Position numbers and translations under genes: made by a program. A stretch of DNA of 64,000 nt from Bacillales bacterium UBA1744. Its GTDB lineage: Bacteria > Bacillota_I > Bacilli_A > RFN20 > CAG-826. A model generated the notes under the pieces. The model was given only the letters and a program-made list of their open reading frames with translations. It searched no databases and was not told the DNA's origin. The DNA lies in NCBI GenBank assembly GCA_002314915.1, contig DCHU01000082.1, positions 3,896 to 67,895 of the forward strand, written 5' to 3'. Positions 63,701 to 64,000 of this stretch are shown here, piece after piece (position 1 is the stretch's first letter; every line of letters starts with the position of its first letter).

Positions 63701-64000
63701 AGACAATGTACATGGCTGTCAACTGCACAGGTATGCAGAGAGGCATGACAATGGTCGCTGGACAGCAGAACGTCGAAGTTGACATCACAGACGATATCAA
63801 CCTCTCAGTCGAGCTCCCAGACGGATTCGATACAACAAACATCCAGTATGCACTCAATAAGCGTTGTGACCTCCCAGCAGGACTCACATTCGAAGACGGA
63901 GTCATCACCGGTAAGTTCCAGAACGTTGGCACATACTACATCGATGTCATCATCTCTAACGACAAAGAGACAATCGCTTACAAGTTCGTCATCGACGTAG
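60790..64000 (+). CDS. Large secreted glycoside hydrolase family 3 enzyme with permuted domain order (3' end outside the window)
   Basis: Not in the ORF track because no stop lies in the window. The frame is open from ATG 60790 for more than 1070 codons. Signal peptide MKKRKYLAPMFLAGMVLPLALALG. GH3 alpha/beta-sandwich motifs come first (LLKNDGTLPL, GDVNPSGHTVDTW, FPFGYGLSYT), then an Fn3-like segment, then the catalytic barrel (GGRNFEYYAADPF, KHFAVNDQE, GSVLSDM), then Ig-like repeats. Confidence 0.85.
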   Translation, partial: MKKRKYLAPMFLAGMVLPLALALGMQGKDAVKASAAFIGEFNDRTSYIEHATKVNGQLADEGFVLLKNDGTLPLAKGSKVSIVGKSSINLARGGAGSGAGSVSSGVTSVDLQKSLTDSGFEVNPSTTSFYNSSASGSGRTNGNDGWKGNSEVTIGETPWENVTDAVKDSFYEYNDLAIQVLTREGSEGCDVLTIDATDSTKFGYSEKHALELSDNEQDLFDNLHDFFDHIVIVINSSNIFECDQFMNDDKVAGILWIGNPGDVGPGAVGRILCGDVNPSGHTVDTWTRDFSKDPTWQNFSDNRHTNVAIPNTSNRLKHAAQDTMFAADGSPMLSYGTDKNYSSHSSPRWLEKDQKVVQGGLNGVKPAAYVSYEEGIYLDYRYYETRYQDILANEGQGAADAWYDSEDGVVFPFGYGLSYTTFEQEIVRLNPKKNATLDKDSDIIEIGVKVTNTGDYAGKDPVQVYWKAPYTKGGIEKADHVLCAFDKTKLLQPGESQIVHLTFHLQDVANYDFTDANKNGHKGYELDAGTYSVLLNKNAHENYDSVDLKVTDGGIQYTTDRFTGNEVTNRFTDRGFYSSMPGEDDIEFTQFSRADWDGTFPTHPTIQDRTVKAGSRFEEFLTHEYNIWDIEEDHNFDYTPEAAYRSEDDAVEGGWTQSNTTLAKGDRIQLLELKDCEPDDPKWDEFINEFTWAEMLKFVENNRMSSPDLSAVGKGGFSEGDGPQKFNIMWWVSSPIIAATFNPKLAHEQGECVGMESQITGKAGWWGPGCNTHRSPFGGRNFEYYAADPFLMGRIAANVVGAATDRGVYAYFKHFAVNDQEKNRESGISFVNEQALREIYLKSFQMVFQEGKSIGVMGSYNRIGLQETAGSYPLMTEVLRGEWGFKGSVLSDMTHSGNGSVNFKCYENVTNRLLAGCNSQLDSSGFNGQTISKWDATMAWAGGTGAPVYEHNGEKHISFSWWNAVRETVKQTMYMAVNCTGMQRGMTMVAGQQNVEVDITDDINLSVELPDGFDTTNIQYALNKRCDLPAGLTFEDGVITGKFQNVGTYYIDVIISNDKETIAYKFVIDV

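Overview
This window is the chromosomal replication-origin region of a low-GC Bacillota (Firmicutes or wall-less relative) bacterium. It uses the standard genetic code, since UGA ends recF and rsmA. The core is rpmH-rnpA-yidC-jag on the minus strand and dnaA-dnaN-yaaA-recF-gyrB-gyrA-serS on the plus strand. DnaA-box clusters lie on both sides of dnaA, and an AT-rich unwinding stretch sits in front of dnaN. Gene orientation switches at about 25.0-25.4 kb, as expected for oriC.

Left arm (minus strand): lysS (5' part), a GT4 glycosyltransferase, a heterodimeric ABC exporter, dusB, ftsH, rqcP/yabO, mfd, pth, a flavodoxin-like gene, then ispE-rsmA-rnmV-tatD-mnmE fused onto the rnpA operon.

Right arm (plus strand): a small SRP RNA, tadA, a tightly packed six-gene operon (MacB-type fused ABC, P-type ATPase, psuG, TetR-like regulator, Fe-ADH, degenerate S2P-like membrane protein), tldD/pmbA, rpmE, metG, an rlmD-like gene, and a large secreted, domain-permuted GH3 glycosidase that runs off the 3' end.

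I saw no rRNA, tRNA, CRISPR array, transposase or integrase.

The most unusual content, in order of interest:
- A five-gene cassette at 53.9-58.8 kb: DUF2975, YozG-type HTH, a lipoprotein, a secreted protein with an exact 3 x 108-aa repeat, and a MacB/FtsEX-type fused ABC.
- A translationally coupled RelB/DinJ-type RHH gene plus a zinc-macrodomain gene, with direct-repeat operators and no visible ADP-ribosyltransferase.
- A polytopic membrane protein fused to DUF2188, inserted between jag and mnmE.
- A 294-nt apparently structured non-coding region at 58.8-59.1 kb.

All functional calls come from reading motifs in the translations by eye. No database search was run.
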